Shown in pieces: positions 47,495 to 58,187 of a stretch of DNA of 64,000 nucleotides. The notes below the pieces were generated by a model. The model searched no databases. It saw nothing but the letters and a program-made list of their open reading frames with translations, and was not told the origin of the DNA. The number at the start of each line of letters is the position of its first letter. Positions within the stretch are counted from its first letter, which is position 1. The stretch spans positions 23,439-87,438 of the forward strand of contig CANRMI010000004.1 of the NCBI GenBank assembly GCA_947631685.1, written 5' to 3'. The stretch comes from an uncultured Lachnospiraceae bacterium (lineage in GTDB: Bacteria > Bacillota > Clostridia > Lachnospirales > Lachnospiraceae). Position numbers and translations under genes: made by a program.

Positions 47495-48487
47495 ATGGGA
47501 AGAGTAACGATCAAAGAAGTGGCGAAGGAAGCCGGTGTATCTATTTCTACGGTATCCAACGCGTTAAACGATGTGGATGTGCTGAATCCCGAAACCAAAG
47601 CCCATGTGCTGGAGGTAGCCAGACGGCTTCATTACATTCCCAATTTAAACGGCAGAAGCTTAAAGAGCGGCGCTACCGGCGTGATCGGTATGTTTGGCAC
47701 GCATATGGGTGGCTACTATATGGGCGCGCTGGGGGATACCATATCCAAGGAATGCGCGGCGGCGGGCTATGAACTGAATGTGCTGGTAACGGGAAAGATC
47801 AGGTCTGTGATGTCCAATCTGCTGGGGCGCAGGGTGGACGGTGCCATTATTGTGGACAGTATTCTGGAAGAGGAAGAGGCCGAAATGTTAAAAGAAGCGG
47901 AGCTTCCCATCGTGTATTTAAACCGCGAGATTGCCGGACCTTATCAGTCCAGTGTCTGTTTTGATTCCTACGAGGCGGGCAGAATGGCGGCGGACTATCT
48001 GCTTTATAAGGGCATGACAGATCTGGGATTTATTGCCGGAAACGGCAATTACGACAGCGAGGAACGCAGCCGGGGCTTTTTCAGCGTGCTGAAAGAGAGA
48101 GGGATCCATTTCCGGGAAGAGGTGCTGATCCAGGGCGGCTTTCTGAAAGATATTTCTTATAGAAATACCAGACGCTTCTTAAAGCAGATCGGGCCCGACA
48201 TGGCAAAGCTACCCCAGGCGATCTTCGCGGCCAACGACCAGAGCGCCATAGGCTGTATGGACGCCCTGATCCAGGCGGGTTTGCGGATACCGGAGGACAT
48301 TGGGATCATCGGCTGCGACGACATTGAAATGGATAGCTATCTGCAGCCTCCGCTGACCAGTATCCGCACCAATTTTGAAGAGCAGGGCATACAAGCGGCG
48401 CAGGCGCTGATAAGTATGCTGAAAGGGGAAAAACAGGGACGCCTGCACAAGCTGGACTGCCGCCTGGTCCCCAGAGGATCCGTATAA
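47495..48487 (+). CDS. LacI-family regulator
   Basis: TIKEVAKEAGVSISTVSNALN, PEDIGIIGCDD. Confidence 0.95.
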   Translation: MGRVTIKEVAKEAGVSISTVSNALNDVDVLNPETKAHVLEVARRLHYIPNLNGRSLKSGATGVIGMFGTHMGGYYMGALGDTISKECAAAGYELNVLVTGKIRSVMSNLLGRRVDGAIIVDSILEEEEAEMLKEAELPIVYLNREIAGPYQSSVCFDSYEAGRMAADYLLYKGMTDLGFIAGNGNYDSEERSRGFFSVLKERGIHFREEVLIQGGFLKDISYRNTRRFLKQIGPDMAKLPQAIFAANDQSAIGCMDALIQAGLRIPEDIGIIGCDDIEMDSYLQPPLTSIRTNFEEQGIQAAQALISMLKGEKQGRLHKLDCRLVPRGSV

Positions 48488-48490
48488 GCC

Positions 48491-49813
48491 CTAGGGACGT
48501 TTAATGGAGCGGAAAAGCAGAAGCAGCGCCAGTACATTGGGAAATACCATAATGGCGTTGACTAAGTCGGTAAAGCTCCATATCAGCCCCATGGGAAGAA
48601 TGGCGCCTATGTAGATCATAACGATATAGACCAGATGATAGGAGTGGACGCCTGTTTCTCCAAACAGGTAGGCCACTCCTTTTTCTCCCAGATAACACCA
48701 GCCCACCAGAGTAGCTAGGGCAAAAGCCATTAACGAAATGGTCAGGAAAGCGCTGCCCCAGGGCAGGAAGGCGAAAGCGGCGTGAGTCAGTCCCGCGTCG
48801 GAATAACCGGCGCTGCTGCCGGGATGGGCCAGCAGACTGCTCACAATGGTAAGGCCGGTCAGAGTACACATCACAATGGTGTCCCAGAATACGGCGGTCA
48901 TGGAAATTAGCGCCTGCCTTTCGGGACGGGAGGAGCCTGCAGCGCCTGCGGCAATAGCGGCTGTGCCGATCCCGGCTTCATTGGTAAACAGCCCTCTGGC
49001 AATACCGAAACGGGCAGCCAGAAGAAAGCCGCCGCCCACAAAACCGCCGCCTACGGCTCTGCCCGTAAAGGCGGAGGAGAGGATCAGGGTGAAAGAGGGC
49101 AGCAGGAAAGCCCGGTTCTGCCAGAGCAGGAGAATACATGCGCCCATGTAGAGAAAACTTAAGGGCGGTACCAGTCTGGTACAGAAACGGCTGATACTTT
49201 TCATGCCACCCAGGATGACCATGCCGGTCAAGACTGCGGCCGTCATGCCTGTCAGGTGGGGTGAGATTTTCCAAGTCGAATAGGCAGCATCCGCAATGGC
49301 AGACGCCTGGGTAGTGCATCCGGCACCAATGGCGGCGCATATGACGCATATGGCGTAAAATTTACCCAGTGTCATTCCCAGTTTTCTGGGACGGACTCCC
49401 TGTTCCAGCACATACATGGGACCGCCCACATAGCTGCCGTCGAGTTGTTTCTTTTTATACAGACCGCTTAAGTAGCATTCTCCGTAGGCGGTAGCCATGC
49501 CGAAAAGGCCGGTTAAAAAACACCAGAACAGGGCACCGGGGCCGCCCAGCGCGATAGCGGTGGAGATTCCTACGATATTGCCGGTCCCCAGAGTGGCCGC
49601 CAGGGTGGTAGCCAGGGCCGCGAAGCCGCTCAGACCGCCCTCCTTTTCTGTTTTTTCCGGCGTAACGGAGAGGCGGAGGGCATAAAAGAGCCTGCGTTGG
49701 GGACGCAGTTTAAAGGTAAAGATGAGGTGAGTGGCGGACAGCAGTACAAGGATCGGACCGTTCCAGAGCAGTCCGTTGATATTTTCCAAAAGAGAAATCA
49801 GCCATGCTGACAT
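48491..49813 (-). CDS. Alanine/glycine:cation symporter (AGCS family)
   Basis: LAATLGTGNIVG, GGPGALFW, GGPMY, RGLFTNEAGIG, DTIVMCTLTGL. Confidence 0.9.
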   Translation of the reverse strand: MSAWLISLLENINGLLWNGPILVLLSATHLIFTFKLRPQRRLFYALRLSVTPEKTEKEGGLSGFAALATTLAATLGTGNIVGISTAIALGGPGALFWCFLTGLFGMATAYGECYLSGLYKKKQLDGSYVGGPMYVLEQGVRPRKLGMTLGKFYAICVICAAIGAGCTTQASAIADAAYSTWKISPHLTGMTAAVLTGMVILGGMKSISRFCTRLVPPLSFLYMGACILLLWQNRAFLLPSFTLILSSAFTGRAVGGGFVGGGFLLAARFGIARGLFTNEAGIGTAAIAAGAAGSSRPERQALISMTAVFWDTIVMCTLTGLTIVSSLLAHPGSSAGYSDAGLTHAAFAFLPWGSAFLTISLMAFALATLVGWCYLGEKGVAYLFGETGVHSYHLVYIVMIYIGAILPMGLIWSFTDLVNAIMVFPNVLALLLLFRSIKRP

Positions 49814-49956
49814 GAAAAACCTCGCTGGTGGAAAGATTATTATCAGTATATGGACAAAGTTTTTAGAAAATGTTTATATTTTCCATATTGATTTTTATGT
49901 TCGCTGTGTTATAGTGTCAGTAGAACAAACAGAGGGCAGGAAAGGGGGAAACAGGT

Positions 49957-52539
49957 ATGAATATTTCAAAATTTACCCAAAAGTCAATGGAGGCAGTGGA
50001 GGGCTGCCAGAAACTGGCTTATGAATATGGCAATCAGGAGATCGAGCAGGAACATTTACTTTACAGCCTTTTGACTTTAGAGGACAGCCTGATACTGAAA
50101 CTCGTAGAGAAAATGGAGATCCAAAAGGAGCATTTTCTCAACCGGGTGGAAGAGGCGCTGAGCAAGAGAGTAAAGGTACAAGGCGGAGAACTGCATATCG
50201 GGCCGGATCTGAATAAGGCGCTGCTGGCGGCGGAAGACGAAGCGGCCAGGCTGGGAGACGAATATGTGTCCGTGGAGCACTTGTTTTTATCCCTGTTAAA
50301 ATATCCCAACCAGGCGTTGAAAGCGCTGTTTAAGGAGTACGGTATCACCCAGGAGCGTTTTCTTCAGGCGCTTTCCACCGTTCGGGGCAACCAGCGGGTA
50401 ACCAGTGACAATCCGGAAGCAACCTACGATACCTTAAATAAATACGGGCAAGAACTGGTGGAAAAGGCAAGGGAGCAGAAGCTGGATCCCGTGATCGGGC
50501 GGGACAGTGAGATCCGCAACGTGATACGGATCCTTTCCCGTAAGACCAAGAACAATCCGGTTCTGATCGGGGAGCCCGGCGTGGGCAAAACAGCCGTGGT
50601 GGAAGGGCTGGCCCAGAGAATCGTGCGGGGAGATGTGCCCCAGGGCTTAAAGGACAAGAAAATCTTTGCACTGGATATGGGAGCGCTGGTGGCCGGCGCC
50701 AAATACCGGGGGGAATTTGAGGAGCGGTTAAAGGCGGTTCTGGAAGAAGTCAAAAAGAGCGAGGGAAAGATTATCCTGTTTATCGATGAACTGCATACCA
50801 TTGTGGGCGCGGGCAAGACGGACGGGGCGCTGGACGCGGGCAATATGCTGAAGCCCATGCTGGCCAGGGGAGAACTGCACTGTATCGGAGCCACTACCCT
50901 GGATGAATATAGGCAGTATATTGAAAAGGACGCAGCTTTAGAGCGGCGTTTCCAGCCCGTGATGGTGGAGGAACCTACGGTGGAAGATACTGTTTCCATT
51001 CTGCGGGGCCTGAAAGAGCGTTATGAAGTGTATCACGGCGTAAAGATCATGGACAATGCGCTGGTAAGCGCCGCTGTGCTTTCCAACCGGTATATATCCG
51101 ACAGGTTCCTGCCGGATAAGGCCATCGATCTGGTGGATGAAGCCTGCGCGCTGATCAAGACAGAGCTGGACTCCATGCCTACGGAGCTGGACGAACTCCA
51201 GAGGCGGATCATGCAGCTGGAGATCGAAGAGGCGGCTCTGAAAAAAGAAGACGACAGACTGAGTAAGGAAAGGTTGGAGAATCTCCAGAAGGAGCTGGCT
51301 GAATGCAAGGAAAATTTCGCGGCCAGAAAGGCGCAGTGGGACAATGAGAAGGCTGCAGTGGGCAAGCTTTCCGGCCTGCGGGAAGAGATTGACGCCGTAA
51401 ACAGCCAGATTCAGATCGCCCAGAGAGAAGGCGACCTGGAAAAGGCTGCCGAACTCTCCTATGGGAAACTGCCTGAGTTAAGAAAACGGCTGGAGCAGGA
51501 GGAAGAACATGTCCGTACCGCGGGGCATTCTCTGGTGCATGAGAGCGTCAGCGAGGAGGAGATCGCCCGCATTGTTTCCAAATGGACGGGCATTCCGGTG
51601 GCGAAACTGACAGAGAGCGAGCGGAATAAGACGCTGCACCTGGACGAGGAACTGCACAAGAGAGTGGTGGGGCAGGACGAAGGCGTTACCAAGGTATCCG
51701 AGGCCATTATGCGCTCCAAAGCCGGTATCAAGGATCCGACAAAGCCCATTGGTTCTTTCCTGTTTTTAGGCCCTACGGGTGTGGGCAAGACGGAGCTGGC
51801 AAAAGCGCTGGCACAGGCATTGTTCGATGACGAGAGCAATATGGTACGTATCGATATGAGCGAATACATGGAGAAATACGCGGTTTCCCGCCTGATCGGA
51901 GCGCCTCCCGGATATGTGGGCTACGAGGAGGGCGGACAGCTCACCGAGGCTGTCAGAAGAAAGCCTTATTCGGTAGTGCTCTTTGACGAGATTGAAAAGG
52001 CCCATCCGGACGTATTCAATGTGCTCCTGCAGGTGCTGGACGATGGGCGTATCACGGATTCCCAGGGCCGGACAGTGGACTTTAAGAATACAATTCTTAT
52101 TATGACCTCCAATATCGGCGCCCAGTATCTGCTGGATGGCATCAGCGAAGAGGGAGAGATCCTGCCCGAAGCGGAAAAAGAGGTAATGGAAGAGCTGCGT
52201 GCTCATTTCAGACCGGAATTTCTGAACCGTCTGGACGAAACCATTCTCTTTAAGCCTCTGACCAAGGCCAACATTGGCAGCATCATCGGTCTGATCATCG
52301 CGGATCTGAACAGGAGGCTGGCGGACAGGGAGCTGACGGTGGTTCTTTCTGAGGAAGCGGAGAAATTTATCGTAGAAAACGCCTACGATCCGGTATACGG
52401 CGCAAGACCGCTGAAGCGCTATATCCAGAAGTATGTGGAAACCCTTTCCGCAAGACTGATCCTGGCAGATGAGGTGAGCGAGGGCTCCACCATAAGGATT
52501 GTGGTGGAAGACGGCAGATTAAAGGCGACAGCGGAATAA
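49957..52539 (+). CDS. clpB: ATP-dependent chaperone ClpB
   Basis: Two AAA+ modules ([16 protein letters not shown]) and a coiled-coil middle domain; 860 aa. Confidence 0.96.
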   Translation: MNISKFTQKSMEAVEGCQKLAYEYGNQEIEQEHLLYSLLTLEDSLILKLVEKMEIQKEHFLNRVEEALSKRVKVQGGELHIGPDLNKALLAAEDEAARLGDEYVSVEHLFLSLLKYPNQALKALFKEYGITQERFLQALSTVRGNQRVTSDNPEATYDTLNKYGQELVEKAREQKLDPVIGRDSEIRNVIRILSRKTKNNPVLIGEPGVGKTAVVEGLAQRIVRGDVPQGLKDKKIFALDMGALVAGAKYRGEFEERLKAVLEEVKKSEGKIILFIDELHTIVGAGKTDGALDAGNMLKPMLARGELHCIGATTLDEYRQYIEKDAALERRFQPVMVEEPTVEDTVSILRGLKERYEVYHGVKIMDNALVSAAVLSNRYISDRFLPDKAIDLVDEACALIKTELDSMPTELDELQRRIMQLEIEEAALKKEDDRLSKERLENLQKELAECKENFAARKAQWDNEKAAVGKLSGLREEIDAVNSQIQIAQREGDLEKAAELSYGKLPELRKRLEQEEEHVRTAGHSLVHESVSEEEIARIVSKWTGIPVAKLTESERNKTLHLDEELHKRVVGQDEGVTKVSEAIMRSKAGIKDPTKPIGSFLFLGPTGVGKTELAKALAQALFDDESNMVRIDMSEYMEKYAVSRLIGAPPGYVGYEEGGQLTEAVRRKPYSVVLFDEIEKAHPDVFNVLLQVLDDGRITDSQGRTVDFKNTILIMTSNIGAQYLLDGISEEGEILPEAEKEVMEELRAHFRPEFLNRLDETILFKPLTKANIGSIIGLIIADLNRRLADRELTVVLSEEAEKFIVENAYDPVYGARPLKRYIQKYVETLSARLILADEVSEGSTIRIVVEDGRLKATAE

Positions 52540-52543
52540 GTTT

Positions 52544-52665
52544 GTGGTATAATGATTCTGCTTACGCAGAATCCAAGCCGATTGCATCGGCTTGCCGCCG
52601 CTTGAAAAGTAAATGCCGCTTACGCGGTGCTTCCTTTTCTGCGCTGGTGGTATAATGATTCTGCT
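52544..52665. repeat. 19 bp direct repeat flanking a palindrome-rich insert (MITE/REP-like), 103 bp repeat spacing
   Basis: GTGGTATAATGATTCTGCT at 52544-62 and 52647-65; internal palindrome AAGCCGATTGCATCGGCTT. Confidence 0.75.
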
Positions 52666-52689
52666 AAGGCAGGAGGGACATAGATTCTA

Positions 52690-53196
52690 ATGAAAAATAT
52701 ACGCGGAAAGATTCGGCTGGCAGCAGCGCTTTTGCTGGTATTGCTGTTTACGGCCTGCGCAGGAAGCGTAGAACCTGAAACACAGGCACCTGCGGATTCT
52801 CCGGAAGCCGCGGCGGGGACAGAACTTCCCGTGGAGGGCGGCAGCTACTACGATATGGAAAATGTAGTGCTGTATCTGTACCTGTACGGAGAACTGCCTC
52901 CCAATTATATCACCAAGGAGGAAGCGGAAGCCTTAGGCTGGAGCGGCGGTTCCGTGGAAAAATATGAAGCGGGCGCGGCCATCGGCGGAGACAGGTTCGG
53001 CAACCGGGAGGGGCTTCTGCCCGCCGCCCAGGGCCGGAAGTATACGGAATGTGACATCGATACTCTGGGAGCGGACACAAGAGGGGCCAAACGACTGGTC
53101 TTTTCCAACGACGGGCTGTATTTTTACACCACGGATCACTATGAGTCCTTTTCGGAAGTGGTTGTGTCGGAGGACTATACGGTGGAGGTACGGTGA
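52690..53196 (+). CDS. Barnase-like ribonuclease lipoprotein
   Basis: Lipobox LFTAC; LPPNYITKEEA..LGW, GGDRFGNREG.LP, ECDI, RGAKRLVFSNDGL..YT.DHYESF. Confidence 0.9.
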   Translation: MKNIRGKIRLAAALLLVLLFTACAGSVEPETQAPADSPEAAAGTELPVEGGSYYDMENVVLYLYLYGELPPNYITKEEAEALGWSGGSVEKYEAGAAIGGDRFGNREGLLPAAQGRKYTECDIDTLGADTRGAKRLVFSNDGLYFYTTDHYESFSEVVVSEDYTVEVR

Positions 53197-53468
53197 CGAT
53201 GGAAGCGGAATATATTTTGGACTGCAGGGAAATGCAGGGAAAGAAAAAGGCCCATGCCTATCTGGCAGAGAAGCTTTCTTTCCCGTCCTACTATGGGAAA
53301 AATCTGGACGCGCTCTATGACTGCCTGCGGGAAATGCCGCAGACGCATATCGTGCTGCGCTTTCCTGAGGCTTTAGGGGAGAGCGGGTACGGCGCGGATC
53401 TGAAACAAACTTTTTTTGACGCCATGGCGGACAATCCGCGGCTGACGGTAACGGAGGAGATCGAATGA
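53193..53468 (+). CDS. Barstar-family inhibitor
   Basis: LAEKLSFPSYYGKNLDALYDCL; overlaps the RNase stop. Confidence 0.9.
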   Translation: MTMEAEYILDCREMQGKKKAHAYLAEKLSFPSYYGKNLDALYDCLREMPQTHIVLRFPEALGESGYGADLKQTFFDAMADNPRLTVTEEIE

Positions 53469-53638
53469 TACCCAAAGATCCTGTGTTATTATTGAGTTTT
53501 GTAAACCTGAAGCTTCGGGACTTTTATCCGGATCTGGAGGTTCTTTGCGATGAACTGGATCTGGACAGGAAGCAGCTGGAAGAAAAGCTGGCGGGGATAG
53601 ATTATCACTATGACGAACGGACCAACCAATTCATTTAA
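53465..53638 (+). CDS. DUF4250-like small protein (57 aa, not in the supplied ORF track)
   Basis: MIPKDPVLLLSFVNLKLRDFYPDLEVLCDELDLDRKQLEEKLAGIDYHYDERTNQFI. Confidence 0.8.
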   Translation: MIPKDPVLLLSFVNLKLRDFYPDLEVLCDELDLDRKQLEEKLAGIDYHYDERTNQFI

Positions 53639-54875
53639 AAGAGGAAACCGCTGCAGGATCTGCACAGGCTGCGGCAGATGTTTTGGAAACAGGAAAGCGG
53701 ATGTGGTCAGCTCCTTTTTGGGGCAGGATATTTACGGAAATGATCTGTTTCTCTCCAAAGACAGTGAGACATTCGGCGCAGAGTGCATCGCGGTGGCGGA
53801 TATAGGCACCACCACGGTCGCCATGCAGCTAAGACGGATCGCGGACGGAGAAATACTGGATACCTATACCTGTTTCAATCCCCAGAGAGAGTATGGCGTG
53901 GATGTGCTCTCCCGTATAGAAGCCGCGGAAAAGCCGGAGGCTGCCAAGGCCATGCAGGAAGCTATACAAAAAGCCCTGGGGGATGGGATCGCCGGATTTT
54001 ACAGGAAGCTGTCCCTGCTGCAGCTCAAGGCAGCGGAACAGGCCAAAAAGCCGGTATTGAAGCGGCTGGTGATCGCGGCTAATACTACCATGGCGCACCT
54101 TTTTATGGGATATGACGTGAGTGGTCTGGGAAAATATCCCTTTACGCCCCACACCCTTTCCGCGGTACGCACCCGTTTCCTGGAGCTGGATACGCTGCTT
54201 TTGCCTGGCGTTTCCGCTTTTATCGGCGGAGATATTGTGGCAGGCATCCATGCCCTGCATATGCAGGAGCGAAAGGAGATCACACTGCTTCTGGATTTGG
54301 GAACCAATGGGGAAATGGTGCTGGGAAACAGGGACAGGCTGATAGCGGCGTCCGCGGCGGCCGGCCCTGCCTTTGAAGGAAACGGAGAGACTTTTGGTAC
54401 GGATTTTATGGCACTCACAGCGCGGCTGTTAGAAGAGGGGCTTTTAGACAGTTCGGGATTGCTGGCGGATCCTTATTTTGAAAATGGCGTGGACATAGGA
54501 GGCGTGCGGATCACGGGCGGATACATCCGAAATCTCCAAATGGCTAAGGCGGCGATTGCCACAGGAATCGCCATTCTGTGCAGGAGGTACGGGATAGGAG
54601 ATATGGATTCCATTGAAAGAGTGTGGCTGGCCGGAGGCATGGGGTATTATCTGGATCCCAAAGCCGCGGCGGCAGTGGGGCTGTTCCCAGAAAAACTGGC
54701 GGACCGGACTCGGGCGGTGGGAAATACGGCTCTGGAGGGCGCTTTTTTATATGGTCGGGAAGCCGCGGCCGGTAAGGAGCCGGCAGCCCCTGCCGTAGAG
54801 GTGTTCAACCTGGCGCAGGAGCCGGATTTTCAGGAAAGATATATTGCAGGCATGGAATTGTGTCCTTGCAAATAG
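53610..54875 (+). CDS. ASKHA-domain protein (RACo/DUF4445-like), short form
   Basis: ADIGTTTVA, FNPQR.YG.DVLSRI, AANTTM.HLF, SAFIGGDIVAG, DLGTNGEM, AAAGPAFEG, LAGGMG, AVGNTALEGA. Confidence 0.8.
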   Translation: MTNGPTNSFKRGNRCRICTGCGRCFGNRKADVVSSFLGQDIYGNDLFLSKDSETFGAECIAVADIGTTTVAMQLRRIADGEILDTYTCFNPQREYGVDVLSRIEAAEKPEAAKAMQEAIQKALGDGIAGFYRKLSLLQLKAAEQAKKPVLKRLVIAANTTMAHLFMGYDVSGLGKYPFTPHTLSAVRTRFLELDTLLLPGVSAFIGGDIVAGIHALHMQERKEITLLLDLGTNGEMVLGNRDRLIAASAAAGPAFEGNGETFGTDFMALTARLLEEGLLDSSGLLADPYFENGVDIGGVRITGGYIRNLQMAKAAIATGIAILCRRYGIGDMDSIERVWLAGGMGYYLDPKAAAAVGLFPEKLADRTRAVGNTALEGAFLYGREAAAGKEPAAPAVEVFNLAQEPDFQERYIAGMELCPCK

Positions 54876-54908
54876 AATATAACAAGCAATAAAAAAGCGT
54901 GAGCGGCA

Positions 54909-55604
54909 GTGAAAAGAAAAAGAAGAAGGACGGCGTTTATACTGTGCATTTGTCTGGTATTGATGCCGTCTTTTTGTACCCTGAAATGGGACGGGGAGAG
55001 GCCGAGCATCTCCCAAAACGTAAGCCAGGAGGGCAATGCGGGGGAGGAAGAAAAAAAGATAGCCCTGACCTTTGACGACGGCCCCCATCCCTATTATACG
55101 GAGCAGCTTTTAGACGGATTAAAGGAAAGAGGCGTGCACGTGACTTTTTTTGTGACCGGGGAACACGCGCAGCTGCATCCGGACATTATCCAGAGAATGA
55201 GTGACGAGGGACATCTGATCGGCAATCACACCTACAGCCATATACAGCTTACAGCAGGCAACAGGGAAGAATTTAAGGCGGAGCTGATCAAGACCAGCGA
55301 GATCATCACCGGTATCACGGGGCAGGAGGTGATCTTTGTGCGGCCGCCCTACGGCTGCTGGGACAAAAGCCTTGAGGAAGAACTGAACATGTTTCCCGTA
55401 CTGTGGAATGTGGATCCGCTGGACTGGTCCTCCAGGAACGCTGCCCGCATTACGGAAAAAGTCGTTTCCGGCGCGGAGGAAAACGATATTATCCTGATGC
55501 ACGATTACTACAAAACCTCCGTGACCGCGGCCCTGGATGTGGTGGATAAACTGCAGGAAGAAGGGTATACCTTTGTAACAGTGGACGAGATCTTATTTGA
55601 CTGA
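54909..55604 (+). CDS. Polysaccharide deacetylase (CE4)
   Basis: ALTFDDGP, TFFV.G, IGNHTYSH, RPPYG, WNVDPLDW, ILMHD. Confidence 0.93.
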   Translation: MKRKRRRTAFILCICLVLMPSFCTLKWDGERPSISQNVSQEGNAGEEEKKIALTFDDGPHPYYTEQLLDGLKERGVHVTFFVTGEHAQLHPDIIQRMSDEGHLIGNHTYSHIQLTAGNREEFKAELIKTSEIITGITGQEVIFVRPPYGCWDKSLEEELNMFPVLWNVDPLDWSSRNAARITEKVVSGAEENDIILMHDYYKTSVTAALDVVDKLQEEGYTFVTVDEILFD

Positions 55605-55721
55605 CGGGTAAGAGCCGCTGTCATATGGCAGCTTATGCCGCGATTGTGGCATCCTGCGTCCACAGCGGTTGTGGAAGAAAAAATATGCGGTATAATGGAC
55701 GCATGGGAGGAGGGAGATAGC

Positions 55722-56165
55722 TTGAAAGTAGAAATCATTGTCGATGACAAGGTCGATGATCTGCATATTTTAGTTACCTGCAGGCAGCTGACGCCGGAGA
55801 TTGAAAAGCTTCTGGGAACCTTAAGGATGATGGATCATCAGTTGACGGCGAGGAAAAATAAGGAAACCTACCTGCTGGACATTGCAGAGGTCATTTATAT
55901 AGAGAGCGTGGATAGAAAATGTTTTGTTTATACGGAAAAGGAGATCTATGAATCGGATTTCCGGCTTTATGAGTTAGAAGGGCAGCTGGAGGAATTTGGA
56001 TTTCTGCGCGTAAGCAAATCCTGTTTGATCCATTTGCAGAAGGTACAATCCTTAAAGGCTGATATTAACAGAAAAATACGCATTACCATGTCAAACGGGG
56101 AGCAGATCATAGCGTCCAGGCAATATGCGGAGGAATTAAAAAGACGGTTAGGGGTGATGAGATGA
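55722..56165 (+). CDS. LytTR-family regulator without receiver domain
   Basis: IYIESVDRKCFVYT, LYELE..L...FLRVSKSCLI; TTG start after GGAGG. Confidence 0.88.
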   Translation: MKVEIIVDDKVDDLHILVTCRQLTPEIEKLLGTLRMMDHQLTARKNKETYLLDIAEVIYIESVDRKCFVYTEKEIYESDFRLYELEGQLEEFGFLRVSKSCLIHLQKVQSLKADINRKIRITMSNGEQIIASRQYAEELKRRLGVMR

Positions 56166-56647
56166 TGGAAGAAAAGAGAACAATCTTTGACTATCTGGCG
56201 CAGGTGATGATCATATTCGGTTTTACTATGCTGATACTGGACATTTTCTGCCTTGCGTTTGGAGATTCCGCAAGGGATATTTCAGCGCTTTTTGCCCTGG
56301 GGGCGCAGGGCGTCCCCATAAGCGTTTCCTTTCAGTTTTTAGGCGTTGCCGCTCTGCTTACAGGGGCCCGCTACGTTTTTTTCACAGACGGGATCATTAA
56401 GAAAATGCCAGTCTGGTTGAGATGTGTCTGCATGCTGAGTTTTGCGGTGCTCATCATTGCGGCGTTTATCATTCTGTTTCACTGGTTTCCGGTGGGTATG
56501 TGGCAGCCATGGGTGATGTTTTTCCTCTGCTTTGGGCTGTCGTTTTTGGGAAGCTGCCTGTTTGTGACGCTCAAAGAAAAGGCAGAAAACAGACGTATGG
56601 AGGAAGCGTTACGGCGTCTGAAGGAAAGAGAGGAAAATACAAAATGA
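56162..56647 (+). CDS. DUF3021-like membrane protein (LytTR partner)
   Basis: Four TM helices; ATGA-coupled to LytTR. Confidence 0.7.
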   Translation: MMEEKRTIFDYLAQVMIIFGFTMLILDIFCLAFGDSARDISALFALGAQGVPISVSFQFLGVAALLTGARYVFFTDGIIKKMPVWLRCVCMLSFAVLIIAAFIILFHWFPVGMWQPWVMFFLCFGLSFLGSCLFVTLKEKAENRRMEEALRRLKEREENTK

Positions 56648-57450
56648 AGAATTGTATACAGGCTGACGGGCTGACGGTCAGGTTTGCGGACAACCCTGTT
56701 TTAAACCGGCTTACTTTTCAGGTGCCGGAAGGGAAGATCTTCGGACTGCTCGGCCCATCCGGCGCGGGGAAAACCACGCTGATCAAAGTGCTGACAGGGC
56801 AGCTTTGCCAGGATGAGGGAAAGGCGGAGCTTTTCGGGAAGGACACCCGGAAATTGACGGCGCAGGAGCATGGGATGATGGGCGCTATGCTGGATAACTA
56901 TGGTTTGTATGAGCGTCTGTCGGCTTATGAGAACCTGGCTTTTTATGCGGATATTTATGGCATTTCCCATGCCGGGATCCCCGATATGTTAAAGAGCATC
57001 GGGCTGTACGAGGCCCGCAGAACGGCTGTTTCAAAGCTTTCCAAGGGAATGAAGAACAGGCTTTCCCTGGCGAGGGCTCTCATGAATCATGCGAAGCTGC
57101 TTTTTTTGGACGAGCCCACTTCCGGGCTGGATCCTGTCACCACGAGGGAGATACATGACGTTTTGCTCGAACAAAGGAAGCAGGGTACCACGATTTTTCT
57201 GACCACTCATAATATGGCGACTTCCGTTACGGTGCCCGTTATGATGGTTTTTTCTTTTCTGCCAATGCTGTCCCTGTTCAATGACAAGATTGAAAAAATA
57301 GCGAGGTTTTTCTACTCGGAGCAGATCAGCCGTATGCTCAGCAATGTAAACAGTTTAGAGCTCACTGCTGAAAGTATCGGCGTTATCGGTGTCAATATTC
57401 TTGCCGCGCTGCTCTTATTTGCGGCAGCATTCCGCAGGTGTCAATTGTGA
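56644..57450 (+). pseudogene. ABC ATPase fused in frame to the C-terminal end of an ABC-2 permease (internal deletion)
   Basis: GPSGAGKTT, LSKGMKNR, FLDEPTSGLD, LTTHNM, then abruptly ATSVTVPVMMVFSFLPML hydrophobic permease tail. Confidence 0.7.
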
Positions 57451-57523
57451 TCTGAGATTTCGCACCCATCATGGACAATCCGACCTTAACATTAAAAAAT
57501 TAACGATAAACATTAAAAATGTA

Positions 57524-57552
57524 TTGACAAACATAAATAGTGGGATTATACT
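57524..57552 (+). promoter_or_regulatory. Sigma-A promoter of the DUF2975-HTH operon
   Basis: TTGACA-17-TATACT; AACATTAAAAA repeated upstream. Confidence 0.7.
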
Positions 57553-57607
57553 GACCTTACAAACCGCGGGATGACAGTCACTTTTATGTTAGAGGAGGAA
57601 AGAATCC

Positions 57608-58159
57608 ATGAACGAGCAGAACAATAAAATGAAGAAGATAAAGCAAAGCAGCAACATAGCGATGAGGATCGTAACGATTGGCAAGATCTTCATGATCATG
57701 ATAGCGGTAGTGACATTTATGAGCGGAATCATACTGCTTGCGGTTTCCACGAACAGCGAGGCGAACGAACAGTTCAGGCAGATAGCGGAAACGGGACAAC
57801 TCACCATAGGGATGTCGATCTTCGGCTTTGACATCGACACGGATCTGGTGGAGGGTGCATTGGGCTGGAACGGGCTGGTTGTCTTGGGAGGATTTATGTT
57901 TCTTTTGTGCGTGCTGTTTATTTTGTTTGCAATCACGCTGCATTTTGTGGCGAAGACATTTCAGGAGATCCGGGACAGTGATTCACCGTTTCGGCCGGCT
58001 GTCCTTAAGAATTTAAGGCTGCCCTTTATCCTGATCACGCTGGTGGCGGCACAGAACAGCCTGCTCTTCGGGGCGGTCGTAGGCATCGCTCTCTGGTGCG
58101 TCTACTGCATAGTGGACTACGGCTGCGAGCTGCAGAAGCTGTCCGACGAGACACTGTAG
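57608..58159 (+). CDS. DUF2975-like membrane protein
   Basis: TM helices; DSPF, G.ELQKLSDETL C-terminus. Confidence 0.8.
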   Translation: MNEQNNKMKKIKQSSNIAMRIVTIGKIFMIMIAVVTFMSGIILLAVSTNSEANEQFRQIAETGQLTIGMSIFGFDIDTDLVEGALGWNGLVVLGGFMFLLCVLFILFAITLHFVAKTFQEIRDSDSPFRPAVLKNLRLPFILITLVAAQNSLLFGAVVGIALWCVYCIVDYGCELQKLSDETL

Positions 58160-58187
58160 CATATCATAACGAAAGCGGGGAAAAGCG

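Noticed and set aside
49860-49956. CIRCE or CtsR heat-shock operator before clpB
   Set aside because: No TTAGCACTC-N9-GAGTGCTAA or tandem GTCAAA heptads seen; only an extended -10 promoter
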